This document shows, one piece after another, positions 1 to 12,735 of a stretch of DNA of 64,000 bases. Numbering within the stretch: the first letter of the stretch is position 1; each line of letters begins with the position of its first letter. The DNA comes from Eledone cirrhosa (lineage: Eukaryota). The notes under the pieces were generated by a model. It did not search any database and had not been told where the DNA came from. It worked only from the letters and a program-made list of their open reading frames with translations. The position numbers and the translations under genes were made by a program. The stretch spans positions 19,034,001 to 19,098,000 of the forward strand of contig OZ024757.1 in assembly GCA_964016885.1 (NCBI GenBank), in the 5' to 3' direction.

Positions 1-169
1 AGACTCTCTCATTGGAATTTACACAACATCATCTAGGTAGATATGTATGTATGTATGCATGCATGTGTAGATGTGTAGGTATGGATGTTATTGAATGCGT
101 GGAGGTGTATGTTTTGAGTTGTATGTGTGTATGTGCATATACTTTGTATCTGTATAAGTGTATATGCAG

Positions 170-217
<48 letters not shown>

Positions 218-219
218 AT

Positions 220-557
220 GGAGGCATATGGCTTAGTGGTTAGAGCATTGGCCTTGCAATCGAAAGATTGTGAGTTCAATTCTCAGACTGGGTGATGTGT
301 TGTTTCCTTGAGCAAGACACTTTATTTCACATTGCTCCAGTTTACTCAGCTGTAGAAATGAGATGATAGGACTGGGGTCCCTATCATTCCACTGTAAAGT
401 GGTCGTGGAGGTGCCACGACAAAAAAGCACCCACCACTCACTGTAAATGAGGTTGGTGTTAGGAAGGGCATCCAGCTGTAGAAATCAAACCAGAATCAGT
501 TCCCGTCCCACCCTTGCAAGCAGAGAAAAGGGACGTAAAATGATGATGATGATGATG
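220..557 (+). mobile_element. tRNA-derived SINE, type 1 (CORE-like centre, RTE-like 3' end, (ATG)n tail)
   Basis: A box TGGCTTAGTGG, B box GAGTTCAATTC, CCTTGAGCAAGACACTT, 3' GTTAGGAAGGGCATCCAGCTGTAGAAA shared with RTE 3' UTRs in this window; many near-identical copies. Confidence 0.85.
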
Positions 558-697
558 AAGATATATATATATGTAAGAGGTGAGTTTTATTGTAGCACAA
601 TAAAGGAATGCAAATATCAGATAAGTAGCACTCTACAGTTTGTAGGACTGGAGTATAAATAATATAAGATCAAAAGATGGTTAAAAGAGTTCCAAGT

Positions 698-766
698 ATT
701 TTATTATGCGCATTTCAAAAACAAATAGCATCATGAGATGATATCTGCGTTCTCATCAGATAAAAT
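698..766 (-). ncRNA. Type I hammerhead ribozyme motif, family B
   Basis: Minus strand: ATTTTAT-CTGATGA-stem II (GCAGATA/TATTTGT)-GAA-ATGCGCAT-A-ATAAAAT. Stem I 7 bp, palindromic stem III, AUA cleavage triplet. Confidence 0.7.
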
Positions 767-779
767 AGGGACTAACTGG

Positions 780-1440
780 ACGCTCGTATGGGACTATCTG
801 GCAGGTTTTCTACGGCTGGATGCCCTTCCTAACACCAACCACGTTCGTTTACAGTGTGGAACTGGGAGGTTTTTACCGTGCTACCTACACGGCCACATTA
901 CAGCGTGGACTGTGTGTGCTTTTTTTTTGTTGTGATACCTACACGAACTCGATCTCATTTTCTCGTGCTGTTGGTGGGAGGATAGAGTAGGGGTAGTAGA
1001 TTGAGGTGTATATTTGGTTAAGAGGTGCCTACTGACTGTAGGTTTTGCTTTGTACATAGGCAAGGCGGGTCTTCTGTATTACTGCGTAGCGTCAAAGATC
1101 TCGGTCCAGAGACATTGTCTTAGAGAGATGTAAGTGTGTGAGGTCGGAATTTATCAGATCGTCCCAGGTTTTTCTGAGTCTACCTACTCCGTAACTCCCA
1201 TCAATTTTGATTGCCCTGCACTTTTTTATGCAGCTGTCTTCTCTCAAGTAAACAGCATCTGATCCCTCTTATTCCTAATTTCTCACTTAGTTCATTTATG
1301 CTTTGCCGTTCACGTATATTACTATTACACATCCAATGGAGCATGCATGCTTCGTTCCTTTCCAGTCTACGCAGGTCCTCTGCACGTAATGCCCGTGTCT
1401 CACTGCCATGTAGCATTGCTGATCGTATACAGGCATCATA
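780..1440 (-). mobile_element. RTE-clade LINE 3' fragment (degenerate)
   Basis: [15 protein letters not shown]...[13 protein letters not shown] matches the C-terminus of the long RTE copy at 48928-50268; truncated at (TA)n. Confidence 0.85.
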
Positions 1441-1464
1441 CATGTATATATATATATATATACT

Positions 1465-1782
1465 CTTTTAGCTGTTCCAGCCATCCGGCTGAGGCCATGC
1501 TAGGGCACCACCCTTGTTGCTACACATTCTATCTCCAACTGTGTTGGCTGGCGATTGGTGTAAGAGGGAGTTTGTTGCTGTTGCCCTTAGCTTACCTTCA
1601 TACCGTGCTGTGGGCTCATCCGGGATCCTGGATAGCAGGGTGTCAAGATGTTTCTGGAAATCATCCACGTCCACACCATGCAGATCTCTCTAATTTTTTT
1701 GGCAGCTTGTTGAAGAGTTGAGGGCCCTTGAACCCCAGGTTATTGCAATATCTGCTCCTTATTCTAGATGTGGAAGACAGGA
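1465..1782 (-). mobile_element. CR1/Jockey-group LINE ORF2 C-terminal fragment
   Basis: Minus translation GFKGPQLFNKLPK...DVDDFQKHLDTLLSRIPDEP...ATNSLLHQ, typical LINE RT C-terminus. Confidence 0.65.
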
Positions 1783-1799
1783 CCTATACACACATACAT

Positions 1800-2660
1800 A
1801 TCATCATCACCGTTTTACGTCCGTTCTTCCACACTAGCATGGGTTAGACGGGTTGTCCTGTTGTGAGCAGTGTCTGGTCGGCTGACCATGCCTTGCTCAT
1901 ACGGGAACTGATTCTGGCTTGATTTCTACAGCTGGATGCCCTTCCTAACACCAACCTCATTTACAGTGAGTGCTGGGTGCTTTTTTGCCGTGGCACTTCC
2001 ACGACCACTTTGCAGTGGAATGATATGGACCCCAGTCCTATCATCTCATTTCTACAGCTGAGTAAACTGTAGCAATGTGAAATAAAGTGGTCCGTTCTTC
2101 CACGCTAGCATGGGTTAGATGGGTTGTCCTGTTGTGGGCAGTGTCTGGTCGGCTGACCATGGCTTGATTTCTACAGCTGGATGCCCTTCCTAACACCAAC
2201 CTCATTTACAGTGAGTGCTGGGTGCTTTTTTTCCGTAGCGCCTACACGTCCACTTTACAGTGTGGGCTGCGTGCTTTTTTGCCGTAGCACTTTGCAGTGG
2301 GAGGGTGTGGGCGCATATTGTCTATATGCTTCAGCTTCGGCTTGTACCCATGGAGGGGTTGGGTCTTCTGTATTACTGCGTGACGCCAGAGGTCACAGTT
2401 GTGTGTCATCGCCTTTGAGGGGTGTAATTGGGTAAGGTCAGCCTTTATCACTTCATCCCAGGTCTTCTTGGGTCTCCCCACTCCGCGGCTTCCATCGACT
2501 TCTAGTGCTCTGCACCTTTTTATGCAGCTGTCATCCCTCATACGCATCACATGTCCATACCAACGTAACCTCCTCTCCTGCACACAGCATTTGATTCCTC
2601 TTATGCTCAGTCTCTCTCTCAATTCATTTATACTTTGCCATTCGCGTATATTACTATTAT
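1800..2660 (-). mobile_element. RTE LINE 3' end (second subfamily) with partial SINE segment and duplicated 3' UTR
   Basis: [13 protein letters not shown]...GVGRPKKTW in ORF 2242-2622; (CAT)n tail at 1800; SINE type 1 sequence at ~1980-2090. Confidence 0.8.
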
Positions 2661-2713
2661 ATACATATATACATACATATTAACATACATACATATACAC
2701 ACACACACACACA

Positions 2714-2766
<53 letters not shown>

Positions 2767-2849
2767 GAAGTCCCCTAGGTGATTCATATAGTGTAGCCTG
2801 ACTATATTCCAAAAAGACAGTTGGGAGTTTAAGGGATATTTTTAGTAAT

Positions 2850-3292
2850 AGTAGTAGTGGTGGTGGTGGTAGTAGTAGTGGTAGGTGGTGGTGGTGATAG
2901 TATTAGCAGTAGTAGTGGTGGTGGTAGTAGTTGTAGAAACAATAGTGGTGGCTATAGTAGTAGCAGTGGTGGTAGTAGTTGTAGAAACAATAGTGGTGGC
3001 TATAGTAGTAGCAGTGGTGGTAGTAGTTGTAGAAACAATAGTGGTGGCTATAGTAGTAGTAGTGACAGTAGTGGTGGTGGTGATGATAGTGGTAGTAGTG
3101 ACACTAGTAGTAGAGACAATAGCGGCGGTGGTGGTGGTGGTACTAGTTGTAGTACTAGTAGTATTAGTGACAGTAGTGGTGATGGTAGTAGTAGTAGTGG
3201 TTGTAGTAGTGATAGTAGTGGTGGTAGTTATAGTAGTAGTAGTAGTAGTAGTGGTGGTATTGGTATTGGTACTAGTAGCAGTGGTGGTAGTA
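2850..3292. repeat. (AGT/GGT)n trinucleotide low-complexity tract
   Basis: Directly visible; explains the poly-S/G and poly-V ORFs. Confidence 0.9.
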
Positions 3293-3994
3293 TCGTTATC
3301 GATTGGTCAGGTCAACTGCCTGTCTACAGAAGCTCTCTCCCATTGGCTACAACCAGTTCCACTCTTCAGTCTGGTGAGGAGAGAAAAAGATAAACCTTTG
3401 ATAAAGAGTTATTGATATTTATTTCAACTGTTAAAACGTTGACAATGTAATAGCTGTAATGGTGATTAGGGGGGGGGGGTAGAGAAGGGGAGAGGGGGAG
3501 AGAGAAAGGGATAGAAAGAGGGAGAGAGAGGGGTGGAGGAGAGAGAATGGATAGAAAAGGGGAGAGAAATAGGAAAGGGAGAAAGGAGAGGAAGTGAGAG
3601 AGAGAAAGGGATAGAAAGAGGGAGAGAGAGGGGGAGGAGAGGAGAGAGAAAGAGTGGAAGAAGAAAAGAGAGAAGGAGAAGGAAAGAGAAGAGAAAGAGG
3701 GAGGGAGAAACGGGTAGAGAAAGAGAGAAAAGGAGAGAAAATGAGTAAGTGAGAGAGAGAGAGAGATAGAAACAACACATAACTTTCTGCATGATTTACT
3801 TGGGATGTTTGGTGGTTGGGGTGGGGTGTGTTTGCTGGGAGTAGTATGTGATGGTGGTGGGGCTGGGATGTGTTTTGTGGTGGTGGTGGGAGGGGGGAGG
3901 GGGTAGGATGTGTTTGGTGGTGGGGTATGTGTGATTGTTTGTTGTGCGGGGGTGGTTTTCATGAGTAAAAAAAAAAATGAGAAATGAAATTTAA

Positions 3995-6900
3995 AGCTCA
4001 CACTTTAGGTAGATTTAACTGGCCTCCCACTAGGCTGTATCTCTTAGGAGGTTTCTTGGGTGTTTTAACAATAGAGGGCTCCAGTCCTATCATGTTGTTA
4101 CAGCTCACACCTATGTAGCACTAGCTGGCCTTCTACACTTCTACATAAGAGTTTCTTGAGTGTTTTATTGATAGGGACTCCAGTCCTATCATGTTGTTGT
4201 CACAGTTCCTATGTAGATTTAGTTGGTCTCCTACTAAGTTGTATCTCTCAGGAGGTTTCTCAGGCATTTTAATGATAAGGGTTTCCGTCTTATCCTGTTG
4301 TTGTTGTTGTTACAGCTCACACCTGTGTAGGTTTAGTTGGCCTTCCTCTAGGGTGTATCTCATAAAAGGTTTCTCAGGTGTGTTAACGATAGAGGGCTCC
4401 AGTCCTTTCATGCTTTTGTTACAGCTCACATCTATGTAGGTTTAGTTGGCCTTCCACTAGGGTGTATCTCATAAGAGGTTTCTCAGGTGTTTTAACGATA
4501 GAGGGCTCCAGTCCTATAATTGTTTCTAGTTTAGGCACAAGGCCAGCAATTACCCAGTGCATTACTGGTACTTTATTTTATCGACCCCGTAAGGATGAAA
4601 GGCAAAGTCAACCTCGGCGGGATTTGAACTCAGATCGTAAAGGGACGTAACTATGCTGGAAAGCATGGCGTCCGACCCTCTACCGATACTGCCAATCCAC
4701 CGCCCTTAGTTGACCTTCCTCTAGGGTGTATCTCATAAAAGGTTTCTCAGGTGTGTTAACGATAGAGGGTTCCAGTCCTATCATGCTTTTGTTACAGCTC
4801 ACTCCTGTGTAGGTTTAGCTGGTCTCATATGAAGTTGTATCTCCCAGGTGTTTTAACGATAGAGGGTTCCAGTCCTTTCATGCTTTTGTTACAGCTCACT
4901 CCTGTGTAGGTTTAGCTGGTCTCATATGAAGTTGTATCTCCCAGGTGTTTTAACGATAGAGGGTTCCAGTCCTTTCATGCTTTTGTTACAGCTCACATCT
5001 ATGTAGGTTTAGTTGGCCTTCCACTAGGGTGTATCTCATAGGAGGTTTCTCAGGTGTTTTAACGATAGAGGGCTCCAGTCCTTTCATGCTTTTGTTACAG
5101 CTTACACCTGTGTAGGTTTAGCTGATCTCATATGAAGTTGTATCTCCCAGGTGTTTTAACGATAGAGGGCTCCAGTCCTATCATGCTTTTGTTACAGCTT
5201 ACACCTGTGTAGGTTTAGCTGATCTCATATGAAGTTGTATCTCCCAAGTGTTTTAACGATAGAGGGCTTCAGTCCTATCATGCTTTGTTACAGCTTACAC
5301 CTGTGTAGGTTTAGCTGATCTCATATGAAGTTGTATCTCCCAAGTGTTTTAACGATAGAGGGCTTCAGTCCTATCATGCTTTTGTTACAGCTTACACCTG
5401 TGTAGGTTTAGCTGATCTCATATGAAGTTGTATCTCCCAGGTGTTTTAACGATAGAGGGCTCCAGTCCTATCATGCTTTTGTTACAGCTTACACCTGTGT
5501 AGGTTTAGCTGATCTCATATGAAGTTGTATCTCCCAGGTGTTTTAACGATAGAGGGTTCCAGTCCTATCATGCTTTTGTTACAGCTTACACCTGTGTAGG
5601 TTTAGCTGGTCTCATATGAAGTTGTATCTCCCAGGTGTTTTAACGATAGAGGGCTCCAGTCCTATCATGCTTTTGTTACAGCTTACACCTGTGTAGGTTT
5701 AGCTGGTCTCATATGAAGTTGTATCTCCCAGGTGTTTTAACGATAGAGGGCTTCAGTCCTATCATGCTTTTGTTACAGCTTACACCTGTGTAGGTTTAGC
5801 TGGTCTCATATGAAGTTGTATCTCCCAGGTGTTTTAACGATAGAGGGTTCCAGTCCTATCATGCTTTTGTTACAGCTTACACCTGTGTAGGTTTAGCTGG
5901 TCTCATATGAAGTTGTATCTCCCAGGTGTTTTAACGATAGAGGGTTCCAGTCCTATCATGCTTTTGTTACAGCTTACTCCTGTGTAGGTTTAGCTGGTCT
6001 CATATGAAGTTGTATCTCCCAGGTGTTTTAACGATAGAGGGCTTCAGTCCTATCATGCTTTTGTTACAGCTTACACCTGTGTAGGTTTAGCTGGTCTCAT
6101 ATGAAGTTGTATCTCCCAGGTGTTTTAACGATAGAGGGCTCCAGTCCTATCATGCTTTTGTTACAGCTTACACCTGTGTAGGTTTAGCTGGTCTCATATG
6201 AAGTTGTATCTCCCAGGTGTTTTAACGATAGAGGGCTTCAGTCCTATCATGCTTTTGTTACAGCTTACACCTGTGTAGGTTTAGCTGGTCTCATATGAAG
6301 TTGTATCTCCCAAGTGTTTTAACGATAGAGGGCTCCAGTCCTATCATGCTTTTGTTACAGCTTACACCTGTTTAGGTTTAGCTGGTCTCATATGAAGTTG
6401 TATCTCCCAGGTGTTTTAACGATAGAGGGTTCCAGTCCTATCATGCTTTTGTTACAGCTTACACCTGTGTAGGTTTAGCTGATCTCATATGAAGTTGTAT
6501 CTCCCAGGTGTTTTAACGATAGAGGGCTCCAGTCCTATCATGCTTTTGTTACAGCTTACTCCTGTGTAGGTTTAGCTGGTCTCATATGAAGTTGTATCTC
6601 CCAGGTGTTTTAACGATAGAGGGTTCCAGTCCTATCATGCTTTTGTTACAGCTTACACCTGTGTAGGTTTAGCTGGTCTCATATGAAGTTGTATCTCCCA
6701 GGTGTTTTAACGATAGAGGGTTCCAGTCCTATCATGCTTTTGTTACAGCTTACACCTGTGTAGGTTTAGCTGGTCTCATATGAAGTTGTATCTCCCAGGT
6801 GTTTTAACGATAGAGGGTTCCAGTCCTATCATGCTTTTGTTACAGCTTACACCTGTGTAGGTTTAGCTGGTCTCATATGAAGTTGTATCTCCCAGGTGTT

Positions 6901-7137
6901 TTAACGATAGAGGGTTCCAGTTCTATCATGCTTTTGTTACAGCTCACTTCTGTGTAGGTTTAGCTGGTCTCATATGAAGTTGTATCTCCCAGGTGTTTTA
7001 ACGATAGAGGGCTCCAGTCCTATCATGCTTTTGTTACAGCTCACATTTGTGTAGGTTTAGCTGGTCTCATATAGAGTTGCCACTCAAAGGAGATTTTTTC
7101 TTGAGTATTTTAATTATAGGGGCATAAGTCCTATCAT
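3995..7137. repeat. Tandem array, 97-bp unit (~21 homogeneous copies at ~5050-7080) with diverged ~108-bp units at the edges
   Basis: Unit GTGTTTTAACGATAGAGGGTTCCAGTCCTATCATGCTTTTGTTACAGCTTACACCTGTGTAGGTTTAGCTGGTCTCATATGAAGTTGTATCTCCCAG counted as 97 nt. Confidence 0.95.
4518..4707 (-). mobile_element. tRNA-derived SINE, type 2 (Nin/Deu-like central domain) inserted in the array
   Basis: Reverse complement of TGGCAGTATCGG...GAGTTCAAATCC...GCCTTTCATCCTTACGGGGTCGATAAAATAAAGTACCAG. Confidence 0.85.
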
Positions 7138-7139
7138 GA

Positions 7140-7251
7140 AAAGCAATGTGAAATAAGCAATTTGTTCAAGAACACAATTTACTGGCTGGGCCAGAAATTG
7201 AACCCAAGACCTTATGATTGTGAACCCAACACTCTAACCACTAGGCCATGT
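7140..7251 (-). mobile_element. Old tRNA-SINE head
   Basis: Minus strand TGGCCTAGTGGTTAGAG (A box) and GGGTTCAATTTC (B box), degenerate TTCTTGAACAAA core. Confidence 0.6.
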
Positions 7252-7651
7252 ATCATCGCCTTTGTCTTGTGTGTTTATACTGTTGTTGCTGGAGGTCTTT
7301 TGATTGGTATTGTTTGATGTGTGTGTGTATATATATATGTGTCTGTGTGTGTGTAGCTGTATGTATCTTTGTGTGTGTGTGTGTGTATATCCGAGCTATT
7401 GTTTCTGCTAGTACATGAAATATATGTGTATGTATGTGTGTGTGTCTATATTTATGTGTGTGTGTGTGCATGTCCCTCTCTCTCTATGAGTCTATGTCTT
7501 TATGTGTGTGTGAATGTCTCTCTCTCTATATATATATATATATGTATGTATGTATATGTGTGTGTTTCTGCCAATCCATGTAATATGTATTCATGTGTGT
7601 GTGTGTTCATGTGTGTGTGTGTGTGTATTCATGTGTGTGTGTGTATTCAAA

Positions 7652-7682
<31 letters not shown>

Positions 7683-8059
7683 CTCTCTCTCTATATGTGT
7701 GTGTGTCTCTCTCTCTATGTATATGTATGTGTATGTATGTCTCTCTCTCTCTCTATATATATATATATGTATGTCTCTCTCTCCTCTCTATATGTATATG
7801 TGTGTCTCTCTCTCCCTATATATATATATGTATGTCTCTCTCTCTCTCCCTCTCTCTCTATATGTATATGTCTCTCTCTCTCTATATATATATATATATG
7901 TCTCTCTCTCCCCCCTCTCTCTCTATATCTCCACCAGTCCCCCCCAATATGTCAACAAGCCCACATTCCTGTTAGTTTCTTCAAACAGTCCTCCTCCATT
8001 CTTTTATGGTGGCTACATTATATTTTACTGGTTCAGATATTAAAGTTAATCACTACTAG

Positions 8060-8521
8060 ATAACCATCGCCATAGTCACCATCATCACCATCACCATCAC
8101 CATAGTCACCATCATCACCATCACCATCACCATAGTCACCACCATCACCATCACCATAGTCACCATCATCATCATCACCATCACCATAGTCACCATCACT
8201 GTCATCATCATCCATCATTGTCGTCGTCATCACCATCACCACCATCATCATCACCACCATCATCATCACCATCATCACCATCATCACCATCATCATCACC
8301 ATCATCACCACCATCATCACCATCATCACCATCACCACCATCATCCCCACCATCACCACCACCATCACCATCATCATCATCATCATCACCACCATCATCA
8401 TCATCATCACCATCATCACCATCACCACCATCATCATCACCACCATCACCACCATCATCATCATCACACCCATCATCGCCACCATCACTCTGTGATCACC
8501 ATCATCACCATCATCACCATT
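8060..8521. repeat. (CAC/CAT)n tract
   Basis: Directly visible. Confidence 0.9.
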
Positions 8522-8877
8522 ATGTTCGTTTTTACATCTCTCTCTCTCTCTCTCGCTGCCCCTCTCACTCCCCCCTATCTCACTTTCCTTCTCCCCCCTC
8601 TCTCTCTCTCTCTTGCACTCTCTTCCCCCCTCTCACTCCCACCCACTCTCACTCCCCCTCTCACTCTTTCTCCCCGCGCCCCTGTTGTTCGTTACCAGAA
8701 ATAGTCATGACTATAATGAATACATGATTTTTTTTTTTCTCCCTTGTTTTTACCGTCATCTCATCCCTACTGATGTACCTTTTAATTAATTAAAATTTCT
8801 TGTCTCACCTCATTAATTACGTTAGTGTAAACTTTACTATTTGTTTTTTATGCAGCGGGAGTCCCTGGGGTATTTCT

Positions 8878-8913
<36 letters not shown>

Positions 8914-9514
8914 TCATTCCAGTAAATAATGGCCACTGCTATACCATTCTGTCCCCTGACAGTTATTGAAGAATATTGGTGGAGCAGGGATGCTATGAGG
9001 GGTCGTAGGGTACAGACCCCACCCTTCATATCCCATTCGTCTAACCCCCCCCCCCCTCCTCTTCCGAGCTTCACAGTGTTAAACACTGTTAATGTAAACA
9101 CACATTTTTTTCACCATCCTATCCCTTTTTAACAGCTCCTTTTTAAATGTTATTATAGTTTTAAATAATCGGGGAACCCTCCACCCCTCGGTAACCCACA
9201 ACCACTACCCCCACTGTTTCTCCTTCAACACCCCCTTCCATCACTACACCCTGTTTCTTTAACCCCCACCCTCATCACCACCACCACCCCAACACCCTCT
9301 GTTTCTTTGCGCCCCCACTCCCCACCCCGTCGTCGACCCTCTCCATCCCAGCTATGTCAGTCACTGAAGATATCATCACTCCTCCTCTTCTCCTCCCCCT
9401 GCCTCTCTCTCTCTCTGCCACCCCCAACCCACCCCCCACTGAATGTAGATGTAGTGGAAGCACAGCATCTCTTTAGTGTTGTTGTATATGTCAGTAAAGT
9501 CTTGGAAAGGTAAA

Positions 9515-10385
9515 ACACACCTACCTACCTACCTATAGATCTACACACACCTAGCAACCTACCCACCCACACACCTACCCATCCACGTATCTACCCACAC
9601 TCCTACCTATGCATCCATCTACCTACCTACCCACCCACGTATCTACACACACTCCTACCTATGCATCCATCTACCTACCTACCTACCCACCCACGTATCT
9701 ACCCACACTCCTACCTATGCATCCATCTACCTACCTACCTACCCACCCACGTATCTACCCACACTCCTACCTATGCATCCATCTACCTACCTACCTACCC
9801 ACGTATCTACCCACACACCTACCCACACACCTACCTATGCATTCATCTACCTACCTACCTACCCACCCACGTATCTACCAACACACCTACCTATGCATCC
9901 ATCTACCTACTTACCTACCCACCCACGTATCTACCAACACACCTACCTATGCATCCATCTACCTACCTACCTACCTACCCACGTATCTACCCACACAGCT
10001 ACCTATGCATTCATCTACCTACCTACCCACCCACGTATCTACCCACACACCTACCTATGCATCCATCTACCTACCTACCTACCTACGTATCTACCCACAC
10101 ACCTACCTATGCATCCATCTACCTACCTACCTACCCACCCATGTATCTACCCACACCCTATCCACCTTTCTATCCACCTTCCTACCACCTTCTCTCACTC
10201 TTTCACTCTCTCGCTTTCACTCTCACTCCCTCTCTCTCACTCTCTCTCTCTAGACCTCCCTATCTACCTCTAAATCCACCCTCCCACTAACCTATCCACC
10301 TCTCTAACTAACCGACCTACCTACCTACCTACCCACCCACCTACCCACCCACCCACCTACCTACCTACCTACCCACCTACCTACT
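9515..10385. repeat. (CCTA/CCCA)-based compound minisatellite, ~52-60 bp higher-order unit
   Basis: Repeated CCACGTATCTACCCACAC...CCTACCTATGCATCCATCT. Confidence 0.9.
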
Positions 10386-10587
10386 GTCAACAATTTAATT
10401 AATTAACTGAGTAGCTAGTGCAACTAGACACCTTGGCAACAATACCAGAAGCCAGAAGTCCCCACCCCACCCTCCATCGTCCCCACCCCCACCATCCCAC
10501 GCCCCATCCTCCGGAATTTATTTTTTCTAATTATCTTATTCAGTAACACCTGATGTGGTTTCTATAGGTAGCTTCTCTAAAGATGGT

Positions 10588-11058
10588 AACCACCATCACC
10601 ACCACCACCACCACCACCATCACCACCATTACCATCATCATCACCATCATCACCACCACCATCACCACCACCACCACCACCATCATCACCACCATCACCA
10701 CCATCATCACCATCATCACCACCACCATCATCATCACCATAGTCACCATCATCACCATCATCATCACCACCACCATCACCACCACCATCATCACCACCAT
10801 CACCACCACCATCACCACCACCACCATCACCACCATCACCACCATCACCACCACCACCACCACCACCATCACCACCACCATCACCATAGTCACCATCATC
10901 ACCATCATCACCACCACCATCACCAACATCATCACCACCACCATCATCACCACCACCAATATCAACAACACCATCATCATCATCCTTAACATCATCACCA
11001 CCACCATCACCATCATCACCATCATCACCACCATCACCATCACCACCATCATCATCAT
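10588..11058. repeat. (CAC/CAT)n tract
   Basis: Directly visible; source of the poly-His ORF. Confidence 0.9.
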
Positions 11059-11233
11059 TTAATGTCTATTTTTCCATACTGGGTGCTTTTTTTGTCAAGG
11101 CATCAACACTATCACTTTACAGAGTGAACTGGGTGCACTTTTGGTCATAGCACCAGCACTATTACTACTACTACAGACACATACACACAGACACACCCAC
11201 GGACAGACACACACACACACACACACACACATT

Positions 11234-11308
11234 TACAGGATGTAAAAAATGTATACATACTTCAATAATTCTTATAAAAGTGTATATATTTTTGGGGACA
11301 CCCTGTAT
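11234..11308. mobile_element. Tc1/mariner-type MITE (degenerate)
   Basis: TA-CAGGATGT...ACACCCTG-TA inverted termini; related copy at 12327-12402. Confidence 0.6.
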
Positions 11309-11311
11309 ATA

Positions 11312-11653
11312 TCATCATCACCGTTTTACGTCCGTTCTTCTACGCTAGCATGGGTTAGACGGGTTGTCCTGTTGTGGGCAGTGTCTGGTCGGCTGACCAT
11401 GCCTTGCTCATACAGGAACTGATTTGGCTTGATTTCTACAGCTGGATGCCCTTCCTAACACCAACCTCATTTACAGTGAGTGCTGGGTGCTTTTCCGTGG
11501 CGCCTACACGACCACCTTGCGGTGGTGGGGGGGGGGGGGCATATTGTCTATATGCTTCAGCTTGTACCCATGGGAGGTCGGGTACTCTGTATTACTGCGT
11601 GACGCCAGAGGTCACGGTCGTGTGTCATCGCCTTTGAGAGGTGTAATTGGGTA
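11312..11653 (-). mobile_element. RTE LINE 3' end fragment
   Basis: Same 3' UTR and ORF end as 1800-2660; (CAT)n tail. Confidence 0.8.
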
Positions 11654-11708
<55 letters not shown>

Positions 11709-11797
11709 ATGTAAAAGGTAAACAGAAATAACAACACAATCGGTACAGTATATGGAAGGTATATATTAGGTTAACGCTTGATATAGCAGGAAGAGGG

Positions 11798-11833
11798 TCT
11801 TCACGTTTCAGACGCTAGTCCTTCATCAGTAGA
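11798..11833 (-). ncRNA. Minimal hammerhead-like motif, family F (copy 1, in ~160-bp element 11708-11872)
   Basis: Minus CTGATGA-A-GGAC-TAGC-GTCT-GAAAC-GTG-AAGA; G at the cleavage position. Confidence 0.5.
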
Positions 11834-11879
11834 AAGAATGAGAAATAAGATGGATTGAGGGGACGGGCGGGGTGAATTA

Positions 11880-12061
11880 AGGACCCTGACGGCTGAGCTC
11901 CGGCCGTTTCGACAACTAGATCCGAGTTCGGATGTAGCTGTCGAAACGGCCGGAGCTCAGCCGTCGGGGTCCTGATTCTTTTTCTACCCACTCTACTACC
12001 CTAAGTATTGAGTACTCTGGTGCGTTATGGTCCATCTGGTTCCTTACCACAATTTCTCTGT

Positions 12062-12062
<1 letters not shown>
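11880..12062 (+). mobile_element. Hairpin element: 94-bp inverted repeat (11880-11973) plus conserved unique tail
   Basis: AGGACCCTGACGGCTGAGCTCCGGCCGTTTCGAC...GTCGAAACGGCCGGAGCTCAGCCGTCGGGGTCCT, then TACCCACTCTACTACCCTAAGTATTGAGTAC tail; relatives at 16271, ~16954, 47080 and 56061. Confidence 0.8.
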
Positions 12063-12092
<30 letters not shown>

Positions 12093-12187
12093 GTATTTAT
12101 GTAAAAAGTAAACAGAAATAACAACACAATCGGTACAGTATATGGAAGGTATATATTAGGTTAACGCCTGATATAGCAGGAAGAGGG

Positions 12188-12223
12188 TCTTCACGTTTCG
12201 GACGCTAGTCCTTCATCAGAAGA
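12188..12223 (-). ncRNA. Minimal hammerhead-like motif, family F (copy 2, in element 12098-12262)
   Basis: Minus TCTT-CTGATGA-A-GGAC-TAGC-GTCC-GAAAC-GTG-AAGA; stem I TCTT/AAGA. Confidence 0.55.
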
Positions 12224-12326
12224 AAGAATGAGAAATAAGATGGATTGAAGGGACGGGCGGGTTGGAATTGGAAAAAATGTCTTTAGATAAAAATAACAGG
12301 TCCATTCATGTTGACATCTCTTATAT

Positions 12327-12402
12327 ACAGGGTGTCCCAAAAAATGTATACATACTTTTATTAGAAATCTGTTGAAGTACATATACATTTTGGGGGACAC
12401 CC
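12327..12402. mobile_element. Tc1/mariner-type MITE
   Basis: TA-CAGGGTGTCCC...GGGACACCCT terminal inverted repeats. Confidence 0.65.
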
Positions 12403-12419
12403 TCTCTCTCTCTCTCTCT

Positions 12420-12463
<44 letters not shown>

Positions 12464-12470
12464 GTGTATA

Positions 12471-12735
12471 TGTGGCCTAGTGGTAAGGGTGTTGGACTTA
12501 CGATCATAATGTCGTGGGCTCGATTCCTGAGTTGCATGTTGTGTTCTTGAGCAAGACATTTCATTTCACGTTGCTCCAGTACACTCAGCTGGAAATGAGT
12601 GCCAGCTGGAGGTTTAACCCTGCGATGCACTGGCGTCCTTTCCAGGGGGGGAGTCTTGTACTCTGTTGCTTCACGCCATGAAACCGGGATAAGCACCGGC
12701 CAAATGAACCTTCTGGCTTAAGACAGACTTTAGAC

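Noticed and set aside
220-295. tRNA gene (and other A/B-box heads)
   Set aside because: Continues into SINE body and tail in multiple dispersed copies; no full cloverleaf or Pol III terminator.
5050-7080. CRISPR-like periodicity (also 40214-42146 and 44190-45600)
   Set aside because: Units are contiguous with no unique spacers; eukaryotic context, no cas genes.
10555-10989. Poly-His, poly-Thr, poly-Val and YI-repeat ORFs throughout the track
   Set aside because: Translations of tri- and dinucleotide microsatellites, without splice or homology support.
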